A program made the translations under genes and the position numbers. Source: Octopus bimaculoides (taxonomy: Eukaryota). Taken from it: a stretch of DNA of 48,261 nt. The notes beneath the pieces were generated by a model, which saw nothing but the letters and a program-made list of their open reading frames with translations, did not search any database and was not told the DNA's origin. Every line of letters starts with the position of its first letter. Position 1 is the stretch's first letter. This document shows positions 20,863-32,515 of the stretch, one piece after another. The stretch covers positions 35,849,391 through 35,897,651 of the forward strand of contig NC_068987.1 of the NCBI RefSeq assembly GCF_001194135.2, given 5' to 3'.

Positions 20863-23233
20863 CGTGTGTGTGTGTGTGTGTGTTGATGTTGAATTTGCCG
20901 TGACCTCACTTATTTCGCTCGTGTTATCTCTGTTATTCACTCTTTCTACACTGCTGTCCAACTTTCGTATCCCCACACGCAACTCTTTCTCCACAATTTC
21001 CTCTTCTGTTCAAGTGTCAGCATTTCCTTAGAGTTCGGCGCCAAGAAAGCTCTGTATATCTCCATAATTTTCCTTTCATTTCATTCAGGACACCTGTCAG
21101 AACATTAGATCATCGTTTGTATCCCACATATTTTCTGCTTCCAAATTGTTAAGACTTCATTATATAAATTTTCCGGTATCATTTACTTGAGGCGTGTTAC
21201 TCCACCTCAAGAGGTGTAAGTTAATTTCTTTCCCTGTAATACCGAAGCCAAGTATAAAAGAAGAAAAAAAAAACGTTTCATGTTAAAATTTGACGGGAAA
21301 TGTGCAAGTAAAACTCTTTGGGGAAAATTATACTTAGTTAAACCAGACATAATAGCAATGAAGGAAGAGAAAATCGTCTTGGGTTGAACAAAATACAAAT
21401 AAATTTGATGAATAATTGTAGAAGATATTTTATACAATCTAAAGAGTGAAGAATGCGTCAAGTAAAGCAATATCACGTCTGGGCATAGATTTTCTTCGAC
21501 CCGAACAAATTCGATGGCTTCCTCTTGGGTAATAGGTAGTTTTTCCAAATATTTTTTTCGATGCTTTGTGCTCATGTTTAAACAAATATCACGTTGATGA
21601 AAACAATGTGACCTTTTCTTCTTTACAGCTCCGCCGAGATCACTTTATTTGTGTCAGTTTCTATTTTGTGTGTCTCTCTAGAAATTAAGACATAAGAAGT
21701 AACACACCTGACTGTTCAGACGTAATTCGAAAATTTGGCAGGATTATGTATGGGTTTAAGGAAATAATATGAAGGATTATGAAAACTGTCAATTTCATGA
21801 ATGTCTACGTAGAGTACTGTAGAAATATTTTCCATACGTCATGATATGGAACCGTTCTTTACCTTCCACTTGTTCATTGTGGTTGCATAAATATCAAGTA
21901 TATGCACTGACAGCTTGTTATCTAAAGATTTGACTTTAAATGGTTTCCAGTGTCTCTACATGTCGTGGGTTAAGTCATGTGAACCAATACAACCTACGGT
22001 GCTTTCATATTTTAAATATTTACATTTGTGCCTTAATCTTTGAAATTTAAACTAATAACAGATATTTTTAGTGTTCCTCTGGGTTATTGACTCGATTTTT
22101 ATTGCTTAATTGGTTATTGACTCAGACCCCTTGAAGGTCTATGCCAACAAAAGGCATATATTTTCAATCTGAGCTTCCGTGAGTGTTTCCATATTACATT
22201 TTTCAGCGGTCTGCAGTAGAATTTTGGATCACACAGTGATACATTTAGGTTTTACGACTGAACTTCGAGATCGCTACTTCAATTAAAATTTATATCATTT
22301 TATAATTTACAAATTCTACTTTATTTCATTCGATTTGCAACACAGGCAGTTTACAAATTCGACTCTGACATTTAAAATCTTTTGAAAACAACTATGTTGG
22401 ACACGATATAAAAGAATTACTTCAGTTTTTTTTTTAAATCGCAGTAGAAGTATAGAGAGAAAACATGCTAGATAGTGGCTTGCGGATCATAATTAACCTA
22501 ATCAGGAAATGCATGGCAAGCAATAGGAGTAATAATCTTTATAAGAATTCACTTGACAATTACAGACGTTTCAGAAGAAAAGCACTCCTACATTTTATTT
22601 GGGATGAAATGCCTTCGAGTAGCAATTTTGTTATTTATGAAATCGTTTCCCTGCAAACAATATTTGTTGAAGATAAAATGATTGATACTTCCTTTCATTT
22701 AAGCCATTCTCGCAATATTTCACTTTCAAACGCTTTGAAATGTGAAATTAGAATTTGCAAACTGTAAACATCACATTATTTCAATTGAAATGACAATCGA
22801 AAAGTTGTACACCGATATCATTAGAGAAAAGGGCAGGACAACATTGCAAATACGCAGAGCGGTATAATGAAAACAGAAAAATCAAAGCTAGAAGAGCGAA
22901 GAAATAATAAGCGAAATTTTTATTTCATAGAACTGAGAGAAGTTTTAGAATGAACACGAAAAATCCAGAGTGTTCGGTGGCGTGATGATTTGACAAATTC
23001 TCGAGAGAGCAACATTATTAAGGCACATTTAAAAAAATATTATCTCACGTCTTCTTTATAGAGATTATTCAAATTTAAGAAAAAAGATTTACCTTGAATG
23101 CTGAGAAACCCTCTGCATGAAGCAGAGTAAAGTATCCTTCCGGGGAACTCCTTGTGCCTGGTTGTTTACATGTGTATGTATGTGTATGTGAGACTCGTCG
23201 GTTATTAGCTAATATCCACTAAAATATTGATTT

Positions 23234-23400
23234 CAGTTTTGGCACAAGGCTAGCAATTTCAGCACCAATACCTTTATCGCAATGAGAGGAAGAAAGGCAA
23301 AGGCAGTTTCGGTGAAATTTGAAACACAGAACGTAAAACTGAACGAAGTGCTGCTAAATATTTTGCCAGGCATGCTAACGATTCTGGCAGCCCATCACAT
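23234..23400 (-). mobile_element. SINE family A, diverged and internally deleted
   Basis: Reverse complement reads GGGCTGCCAGAATCGTTAGCATGCCTGGCAAAATATTTAGCAGC...GTTCTGTGTTTCAAATTTCACCGAAACTGCCTTTGCCTTTC...GCCTTGTGCC and matches 31721-31910. Confidence 0.75.
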
Positions 23401-24289
23401 TAATATCCATTAAAATATTCAGAATACGCATCAAGAAAATCAAATATAATTAAAGAACACAGCATACGCTACAATAAGAATAATTTAAAACACAACCAAA
23501 ATAAAACAACCAGCACTCATATGATAGAAATTAAACAAAAAAAAACAAACCGATGAAGTATGAGAGTAAGGGACGATATAGAGCGTTAAAGTCCAGACAA
23601 GTGGCATACAAAGGTATACAAATTAGGTCATCATAATGAAGAATGTAAACACATTTTCCAGCATTGTATTTAAATTGCGTATCATTGAAGTTTCAAATAA
23701 TACTAGATGCAACCCGATCAGTGGTAAAAAGTACTATCGCTTACACTACCATTTCCGACAAAAAATATTTAACCATTCAGCATTCATATACGTAACTATG
23801 ACACTCTGGAGTGCCTGTATATATATATATATATATATATNNNNNNNNNNNNNNNNNNNNNNNNNNNNNNNNNNNNNNNNNNNNNNNNNNNNNNNNNNNN
23901 NNNNNNNNNNNNNNNNNNNNNNNNNNNNNNNNNNNNNNNNNNNNNNNNNNNNNNNNNNNNNNNNNNNNNNNNNNNNNNNNNNNNNNNNNNNNNNNNNNNN
24001 NNNNNNNNNNNNNNNNNNNNNNNNNNNNNNNNNNNNNNNNNNNNNNNNNNNNNNNNNNNNNNNNNNAACGTTTAGAGGCTACGCTCTTCAACAGAAAGAA
24101 ACAAGGAGAGAAACAAGGAGAGAGAAAAATGTGTGTAGAGGTCAGCGATTTATCATGGCGAATGCCGGACAAAAGGGTCGCACAGGTAGCGATCCCAAAA
24201 CGAACGTGCGTGTGTGTGAGAATGGTTGTGATCTTAACGTATGCATGTGTGTATGTAGGTGTGAAGGTGTGAAAATGTGTGGATGAGAA

Positions 24290-24720
24290 TTTGTCAGTGC
24301 TAGTGAATGTGTGGTGGTGTATTGTGAAGTGATGTGTTGTGTGAAATGGTATAGCCTGGTGTGATGTGATGTTGCGTGGTGTGATGTGAAGGTGTTAGGA
24401 GCTGGGGAGGCGAGAATGAGGAAAGCACGGGTGGGATGTAGGTTAGGCTGAAGGTGGGGGTAGAAGTAGGGGTATGTGAGTAGACAGTGGCTAGGGCAGG
24501 TTGGTGTATGTGGGTAAGTAGACATTGGTGGCAGAGGTTGGGGTAGAGGTGGAGTATGTGGGAGAGAGTTGAGTGGTGGGGTGTAAGGGATGGGATGTGA
24601 GGGATGGGGTGTAAGGAATGGGGTGTAAAGCATGGGTTGTAATGGATGGGGTGTAAGGGATGGGTGGGATGGGGTGGGATGGGAAGGAATGGGAAAGTGA
24701 GGTAGAAGTGTGTAGGGGTA
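24290..24720. repeat. G/T-rich low-complexity tract with ATGGGGTGTAAGG-like units and G-runs
   Basis: Direct reading; multiple GGG runs between 24587 and 24693. Confidence 0.85.
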
Positions 24721-25314
24721 NNNNNNNNNNNNNNNNNNNNNNNNNNNNNNNNNNNNNNNNNNNNNNNNNNNNNNNNNNNNNNNNNNNNNNNNNNNNNNNN
24801 NNNNNNNNNNNNNNNNNNNNNNNNNNNNNNNNNNNNNNNNNNNNNNNNNNNNNNNNNNNNNNNNNNNNNNNNNNNNNNNNNNNNNNNNNNNNNNNNNNNN
24901 NNNNNNNNNNNNNNNNNNNNNNNNNNNNNNNNNNNNNNNNNNNNNNNNNNNNNNNNNNNNNNNNNNNNNNNNNNNNNNNNNNNNNNNNNNNNNNNNNNNN
25001 NNNNNNNNNNNNNNNNNNNNNNNNNNNNNNNNNNNNNNNNNNNNNNNNNNNNNNNNNNNNNNNNNNNNNNNNNNNNNNNNNNNNNNNNNNNNNNNNNNNN
25101 NNNNNNNNNNNNNNNNNNNNNNNNNNNNNNNNNNNNNNNNNNNNNNNNNNNNNNNNNNNNNNNNNNNNNNNNNNNNNNNNNNNNNNNNNNNNNNNNNNNN
25201 NNNNNNNNNNNNNNNNNNNNNNNNNNNNNNNNNNNNNNNNNNNNNNNNNNNNNNNNNNNNNNNNNNNNNNNNNNNNNNNNNNNNNNNNNNNNNNNNNNNN
25301 NNNNNNNNNNNNNN

Positions 25315-26667
25315 GAGAATGGCACAGAGCAGGAGTTGCAATAGATTGGTAGAAGTGTAGATGAAGGAGTCGGTGATGCGATAGAGTCGATGATGGGTGC
25401 CGGTGAGGAGGGTGGTGTTGGAGAGGTAAGGTCAAGTGCTACAGCGTGGGCGGGAGCAGGGGAACGAGCCAGTTTGGGAGGTTGGGTTGGGGAAGAAGCT
25501 GTGGCCAAGAGGTCTCGTAGGTTGTAGGCTCGTTTGAAGGAGGGGATGGGTCGGTTAGGAAAGATGTGTGAGGTGGAGGGTTCGGACTGGTGGCCCCAGA
25601 ATGCTCGGAGAATGGTGTGTTGGAGAGGTAGGGTGGTGGGATGTTAGGTGAGGGGCAAAGGCAGGCGGGAGACAGCAGGGCGTGTTCGGGGTAGAGAGCT
25701 GATGCACGGTCCACGGAACGTGCCCTAGCAAAGGCGGTGTGGATACTGGTGAGGGAATATCTCCGTAGGACGAATTGGCGAGCCATGAGTTGAGACTGCG
25801 TCTCAAAGTCATGGTTGCCACTACAGAGCCTGCGTAGACGGAGGAATTAGGAATACGGTATAGAAAGCTTGGTGTGTTTAGGGTGGCAGGAGGAGCAGTT
25901 GAGATAAGAGTGTGACTTTGTGTGTTTTTAGTGGGTGGAGTGGTAAGAGTGGATTGATGAATGCTGACCGAAATCTCAAGAAAGGAGGCAGAGGTGTCAG
26001 AGATAGTACAGGAGAAGTTGAGGGCAGGATGGAAGGATTTGACAAAAGAGAGGAACGAGTCTAGATGTTCGCAGGAGACTGAGTTGGCACCGATACAGTC
26101 GTCAATATAACGGCTATATAGGTCGGGAGTAGGACCAGTGAAACTTCAGAATATTTGGGCCTCAACATAGCCAACGAACAGGTTCGCATATTTGGGGCCT
26201 ATTCTCGTTCCCATGGCCACTCCACATTTTTCCTTGGCAGAAATCACCCGCGAACGAGAAGCAGTTGAGTGAAAGGCCAGACGAACGAGTGTGGAGTTGT
26301 CGGGTTGTGGGTTGGGTCGGAGGTCAAGGAAATGTTTAAGTGCACGCAGCCCCTCGTCGTGAGGGATCACCGTGTAGAGGTTCTGAATGTCGAGTGTGAA
26401 GAGAAGCTTAGAGGAGCCAGCAGGGAAGGAGAAGGAGTTGAAAAAACGAAGCGCGTGGTTGTTGTCATGGATGTGAGAAGGGAGAGAAGCCGTTAGGGGT
26501 GGGCAAGTACACGGTCAAGGTATTTGGAGATAAGCTTGGTGGGGCAGTTACAGGCGGAGAGGATGGGGCGGCCAAGGTTGTTGGTTTGTGGATTTTGGAG
26601 AGGAAGTAAGTGGTGGCGGTGTTGGGTGCGGACAATGAAGTTGGAGGCGGTGACGGGGAGACGGCTC
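25315..26667 (-). mobile_element. Penelope-like retroelement (RT plus Cys-rich linker toward the GIY-YIG endonuclease), decayed, probably Neptune-type
   Basis: Minus-strand pieces read YFLSKIHKP..GRPILSACNCPTKLISKYLDRVL, LFTLDIQNLYTVIPHDEGLRALKHFL, GVAMGTRIGPKYANLFVGYVE, LYSRYIDDCIG (about 26098-26112), SYLNCSSCHPKHTKLSIPYS, LRLRRLCS, GSFPCSRPRCST. The endonuclease region would fall in the 24721-25314 gap. Confidence 0.92.
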
Positions 26668-27236
26668 TACTAAATTAAAGGTCTGTTATTTTGATATGTA
26701 CATAATATTAATGCTTTTAGTACATTGCATGCTATTAAGACAACCATACATTAATAAATCAGTTTATTTTGGCACCAAAGCTTAGAGTAAAGGTATTTAA
26801 CAAAAACAGTCTGTCTTTGCTACTTCTACAGTAAATTCCCTGAATGAAAATCACAAGAAGAAAGCAGTGATTTTTAATGGTCCCTAGATAAGAGTGCTTA
26901 TAAAAAATATTTATGTCATAAATTGAGTGGACGGGCACTGTCTTGTTAATGACTGGTTTTAGTTTGTTCTAGTCATCAACAACTTACTTAAGCAGAGGAC
27001 ATACTATCCACCTTTAATAAGCTTCACTGTAACATGAATATCAAGCTCATGGTTACTTAAATCACTTTTCATAAAAGCTTTATGATTTAAACAAAGAGCA
27101 AGATGAAAGATTTTATCTGAGTATGAAAGCACTGGAAGAGCAGTACCAGTGAACATTCAGCAAAGCAGTCCTCATAAATTTCTTTCTAGAAAGTCCTATA
27201 AAAAAACAAATTTCTGAAGTAATTACTAACTGGCCG

Positions 27237-27290
<54 letters not shown>

Positions 27291-27291
<1 letters not shown>

Positions 27292-27456
27292 ACGGTATCT
27301 TTTCAGTTTCCGTTTATCAAATGTCACTCAAAAGGCTTTTGTCGGTCCGAGCTTATGAGGGAAAAGATTTGCCCAATGGTGCCACGCAGTTGAGCTGAAC
27401 CTGGAACCATGTGGTCGGGAAGCAAACTTCTTATCACATAGCCACGCATGCTCCCA
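27291..27456 (-). mobile_element. 5' half of SINE family B, ending at (TA)n
   Basis: Reverse complement reads GGGAGCATGCGTGGCTATGTGATAAGAAGTTTGCTTCCCGACCACATGGTTCCAGGTTCAGCTCAACTGCGTGGCACCATTGGGCAAATCTTTTCC...GGAAACTGAAAAG and matches 37479-37640. Confidence 0.85.
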
Positions 27457-28065
27457 TATATATTTAAATCTTTACCAAAGGATGTAATCAGCCCCTGGCT
27501 ACTTGTCTGCGTACAAAATTTGTGTTTCAAAATGCATGACAAGACGCAACACTCCTGAAGTGAGGATACGTCATGAATGTGATTACTTTGTGTAACGATC
27601 ATTTCTAAAAACTTTCCCCTCTGCATTTATCTATAGTTCACCTAGTTTTCCCGACTGATATGCCACAACTTCGCGTTTATGTTTTTAGATGTCTTCTCGT
27701 ATACAGACTTTTGTATTACTGCTTCAGTGCAGTACTATTCGAAATTTCTTTTAGACATCTCAAGAACAATTATGCATTCCCCCTACAATTTTTGTATCAA
27801 TAGATGTATGTGTATTCCTTCTCGAATAAAATTGATCAAAGAGGAAATTATATTTCAACCGTTATCTTTTGGTAGGATTTAACCCCTGTTTCATAGAACA
27901 ATTTGATCAACTATGAATAAACGAAGCATATGCATTCCGTGATTTAGAGGAATATTTTTATTTCAATTCTTGGTAAAGGAGTGGACGTGTTATATTCGGG
28001 AAACGCTTTTTCCTTCTAGTGCCTGCTTTGGTGAGCGAGTGAGTTTATAATGCACAGCAACAACA

Positions 28066-28258
<193 letters not shown>

Positions 28259-28440
28259 CTTTCTACCATTGGCACAAGGCTCGAAATTTTGAGGGATGGG
28301 GAATTGTCGATCACACTGACCACAGTATTTGACTGGTACTTACTTTATCAACCAAGAAAGGATTAAGTGTTGACCTCAGCAGAATTTGAACTCAACATAA
28401 GGACGGACGAAATGCCGCTATACATTTTGCCTGGCGTGCT
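28259..28440 (-). mobile_element. SINE family A
   Basis: Reverse complement reads AGCACGCCAGGCAAAATGTATAGCGGCATTTCGTCCGTC...GAGTTCAAATTCTGCTGAGGTCAAC...GATAAAGTAAGTACCAGTC...GAGCCTTGTGCC, then a (TTA)n tail. Confidence 0.88.
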
Positions 28441-29496
28441 CTCACACACACATACACACACTCACACACACACGTGCGTAGGCAATAAGACATACGTATG
28501 TACGCAATAAGACACACGTACGTACGAGTAATTACAGTGTGAGAGTGACAAAATCGGTGACCAAATCAATGAATTGTTTTCTTTGACAAGTAAACATTTG
28601 TATTTACGAATATTTACTACAACTGAATCATATTTAATAAAAGGCAATAATTTACTGCAAAACATTAGAGTGCAATTTCATGTTATTTTCATATTACTAA
28701 AGATTTTCAATCATAGAAGAATTTCTGAACGTGTTGCATTTTACATTCTTTGCGTATAAAGAATTTTCAAATGCTTGTTTCTATTGTTAATTAGCCCATT
28801 GTATGTACCTATATTGATTATTAGCGCCATGATAATTTATAAACATAGTTTATCGATTGTTTATTTACTATTATGTATTCACGTGTTTGTTTTTGGGACA
28901 TAACATACACGATATATCATATTTACCTTTACAGTTGGGGCGTTATATTTTTACCTTATATTTTCATGCTGTTGTTTAAATTTTCTAAAAATGGTTAATT
29001 ACTGTCAAACAATAGGAAAAATGATTTGAGTTTGGAGTTGCATATCGTTATGTAACATAATTAGATACGAATATCGACACAATAAAGAAGTATTTAAAAA
29101 AGTAACACAATTTGTTTGGTAAAAATATATGCAATGCGCTATGACACAACGTTCATTGCGCTAAATCACACACCGTTATAAAAGTAAGAGACTTTATATC
29201 ATAGGAAAATATGTAAAATATAGTGAACTAGTAACTTCTATATGGTTACACGTCATACTACAATTAGTTCGCATATCTATCTTGAAATATATTTTTCACG
29301 GAAAACAAGAAACAATATATCTCCTGTAGTCTCAGAAGTATGTCAGTTCTGTCCAGAACACAATATACACCAGCGAAAATAAGAAAGCCTAAATGGGGGA
29401 AAATATTTCATGTCACATCCTCTTGGAAATTTGAGGCTCCTTTCTCGTAGTATAACATGACATCCGTCCATTCGACGCCCCGCCTGGAAGGCATTT

Positions 29497-29690
29497 AAGA
29501 CGGTGAGCTGGCAGAATCATTAGCACGCCGGGCGAAAAACTTAGCGGGATGCCATCCGCCTTTAAGTTCTGCTTTCAAATTCCCTCGACTTCACCTCTCG
29601 TGCCATCGGGGTCAATAACATAAGTACCAGTGGAGCACTGGGTTCGACGTAATCAATTTACACCCTCCACCAAAATTGCTCGCCTGGCTT
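29497..29690 (+). mobile_element. SINE family A (diverged)
   Basis: AAGACGGTGAGCTGGCAGAATCATTAGCACGCCGGGCGAAAAACTTAGCGG...GGGGTCAATAACATAAGTACCAG...GCACTGGG, colinear with 31721-31910. Confidence 0.85.
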
Positions 29691-29938
29691 AGAAATATGA
29701 AAAAATATGCTATGTGTTCGTTGTATTAGTTGTAGAGGAAATAGTCATGTGAGAATTAGTGCCAACTAAAAGCGTAGTAGGTTTGATTATACTTATATCC
29801 ATACGGACAAAACACATGCATTCAACAATATTGAGGACTCAATAAATCTCAAATTTTCCCGTACACGGAAGTGAGCACAGACACATGCAAATAGAGGCAA
29901 ACAATACAAGTACAAAAACTACGCATATATTATATATA

Positions 29939-30990
29939 CAGGGGGTGGACAAAATAATGGAAACACCTTAAAATTTCAAATAATTTTAGCTTAATATGAG
30001 GTAGAGCCTCTTTTGGCAGTAATTATAGCTTGAATTCTACGAGGTATGGATTCGTACAAAGTTTGACTTTTTTCCAAAGGAATTTTGTCCATTCTTCAAC
30101 TCGACTTCTTGTGGTGGTGATGGTGGAGGATATTGACTCCTTATTGTTTTTCTAAAATGCACCATAAATGTTTAATAATATTGAGATCTAGGGACTGTGG
30201 TGGCCAGATAAGATGTTCAACTTCACTAGAACGTTCTTCGTGCCATTCAATTACAATTTTAGCTGTGTGGATTGGAGCATTATGATCCTGAAAGATTGCG
30301 TTTCCATCCGGAAACAATTCCTCAAACATGAGATGAATTTAGTCAGATAACATGCTTCGATAGACTTCACTAGTAATTCAACCATGAAGACGATACCAAT
30401 GAGATGGCGGATTTCCAATATACAGCCCCCAGATCAACACAGATCCTCCTCCATGTTTAACAGTTGGAATAAAGCAATCTGTGTCAAATGCTTCTTTTGG
30501 CTGTCTCCACGCGTATACTCGGCTGTTGGTCGGAAATAAGGTAAAGGATGATTCATCCGAGAAAATAACATTCTTCCACTGCTCTAGGGACCAATTCTGT
30601 AGGTTCTTACTCTACTCTAAACTCTTTGCAACGTTTGTTTTTGAAAGTAGTGGTTTTCTGATTGCAGCCCTCCCGTGAAATCCGGCGTTGTGTAGCTTCC
30701 GGCGAACAGTCTTTGTGGAAACTGGGTTCTATATCTTGTCATTAACCTCTGCAGTAATTTCGGGACCTGTACTCTTGTGATCCTTTCTAACAATTTGCGT
30801 AAGAATCTGACGGTCCCTATTTCAAAGTTTTGGTATTCTTCTGGAGATTTGTTTCGACGAGTTATTTTTTTCCGTCTTTCTCAAAGGCTGTCATTACTTT
30901 CGAGGGAGTACTTCTTGATACACCAAACATGTCTGCTGTTTTCGTTACGCTAGCGCCTGCCATACGAGCACCAACAATTTGACCAATAGA
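29939..30990 (-). mobile_element. Tc1-family (DD34E) transposon relic with intact 3' TIR
   Basis: The end TA|CAGGGGGTGGACAAAATAATGGAAACACC is a typical Tc1 TIR. Minus-strand pieces read GQIVGARMAGASVTKTADMFGVSRSTPSKVMTAFEK, WSLEQWKNVIFSDESSFTLFPTNSRVYAWRQPKEAFD, VKHGGGSVLIWG, FQDHNAPIHTAK, WPPQSLDLNIIKHLW. The 5' TIR was not found. Confidence 0.92.
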
Positions 30991-31439
30991 TAGTGTCATT
31001 TTAATGAATGTTAATGAACTTTTTCTGATTATATCTGTAAAGAAGCAGCAATTTTAGTAAAACATACTAAGCAACACTAATGATAAAGCAAACAACATAA
31101 AGAGTAACAAGCTTTAACGGTTTTACAGATATTCCAAAATTATGAAGGTATGAGATAGATAGACAGATAGATACATACATACATACATACATACATAAAT
31201 ACATACATACATATATACATATGTATATCAGGCGGCTTTTAAGTTAATATATAGCTTTTAAGCAGCTGACCCTGAATGGGAAGATCTGCAAACAGATCAC
31301 TCCCTTGTGTTGGAGAATTTGTTGCAATTGTCTCCTCCAGAGACATATCCTAATGATGTCCATATTCGTCTCAAAAATCATGTAAAGACAATCGCTGAAG
31401 ACAATGACAATAATGAAGACATAGGAATCCAAAATTTCA

Positions 31440-31610
31440 GGATTGCAGGTCTGGATTCGGCACTGAAATGTTTTAATTTACTCACGGATTTAGCTTTTAG
31501 ATAATAAAAATTGTTATCATACAAATAATTTGTTGCAAAATTGATGTACTGTGTGTCCGGATTCGGCTCGGAGTGTTTTTAATTTACTCACGGAGTCGGA
31601 CTGATTACAA
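31440..31610 (+). repeat. Diverged direct repeat of about 40 bp (GGATTCGGC...TGTTTTAATTTACTCACGGA), with GGAGTC-like words
   Basis: Copies start at about 31452 and 31559. Probably a decayed interspersed element; family not identified. Confidence 0.6.
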
Positions 31611-31720
31611 AATGGTATGATATTTTGGGCTATGGTCTCTACGAGTAAAGTTGAATAAATGTGATTCACTGACACACTGACATTCACACTTATATTATAT
31701 CATATTATTATACTATACGA

Positions 31721-31910
31721 AGACGGCGAGCTGGCATAATCGTTAGCCCGCCGGGTGAAATGCTTACGGTATTTCGTCTGCTGATTGGTTTTGAGTTCGT
31801 ATTCCACCGAGGTCGACTTTGCCTTTCATTCTGTCGGGGTCGATAAAATTAGTAACTGTTACGTACCAGTACAATCTCCTTAATCTTTTCCCCGAATTTG
31901 AGGCCTTGTG
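31721..31910 (+). mobile_element. SINE family A (tRNA-derived; central motif resembles the Deu/Nin domain)
   Basis: Head GACGGCGAGCTGGCATAATCGTTAGC, box B-like GAGTTCGTATTCC, core GAGGTCGACTTTGCCTTTCATTCTGTCGGGGTCGATAAAATTAGTA. The Deu/Nin assignment is from recalled similarity, not a search. Confidence 0.88.
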
Positions 31911-31920
31911 ATTCAAGTTA

Positions 31921-31973
31921 AACATTAAATTTGACACATTTCAACATTAAATTTGACACATTTCAACATTAAA
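31921..31973. repeat. 22-bp tandem repeat, 2.4 copies
   Basis: AACATTAAATTTGACACATTTC twice, then AACATTAAA. Confidence 0.95.
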
Positions 31974-32109
31974 CTTGAAGTGTGACACACTGATGTTGAC
32001 ATTTATTCTATTAGATATGTTTAATTTTGGGAAATCTTTATTTCAATTAAAGTATATTTTATATTTATATATCATACACATACACGCCCACACACACACA
32101 CACATACAT

Positions 32110-32156
<47 letters not shown>

Positions 32157-32209
32157 CATACATACATAATATTTTTTAAACAAACTTTTGAAGCGCCGTA
32201 TATGTTTCA

Positions 32210-32515
32210 CAGACATGAAAGTAAATTTAGAACGCAGTATTGCTGTGAAAACAGCTGATGGGTGCTGAGTATTTCTCCTTATAAGACGGGAATAAGTTGC
32301 CAGTAGGCAGCTACGAGGTTCAACACACCGTAGCCGCCCGCTGGCAACTCTCTTTTCCGTGTTCTGATGATAAATCCCTCTCGGGGTTACCAAATTTTGT
32401 TTATAAAATATTCTCTCATTCGAAAAGCAGTTATTTATCATGAAAAAGGTGTACACCCAATCTGTCGATGCTGTTTTCATAGCTATACCGCTTTCGAAAT
32501 TTACTTTTTCTTCTG
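32210..32515. mobile_element. About 300-bp fold-back MITE-like element with TIRs and a central hairpin
   Basis: Left AAAGTAAATTTAGAACGCAGTATTGCTGTGAAAACAGC; reverse complement of right AAAGTAAATTTCGAAAGCGGTATAGCTATGAAAACAGC. Central hairpin GTTGCCAG...GCTACG-loop-CGTAGC...CTGGCAAC at 32296-32348. The right end is CTG|TA. Confidence 0.8.

Noticed and set aside
20880-21190. RTE-like LINE remnant (KEMLTLEQKRKLWRKSCVWGYESWT on the minus strand)
   Set aside because: Only a short weak resemblance to the LYG.E.WT motif; needs BLASTX.
31921-31973. CRISPR-like repeats
   Set aside because: The units are contiguous with no spacers, the context is eukaryotic and there are no cas genes.
32360-32440. CUGAUGA...CGAAA in the fold-back element
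   Set aside because: The segment pairs with its own inverted repeat (TGATAAAT/ATTTATCA), and no stem III or NUH geometry forms.
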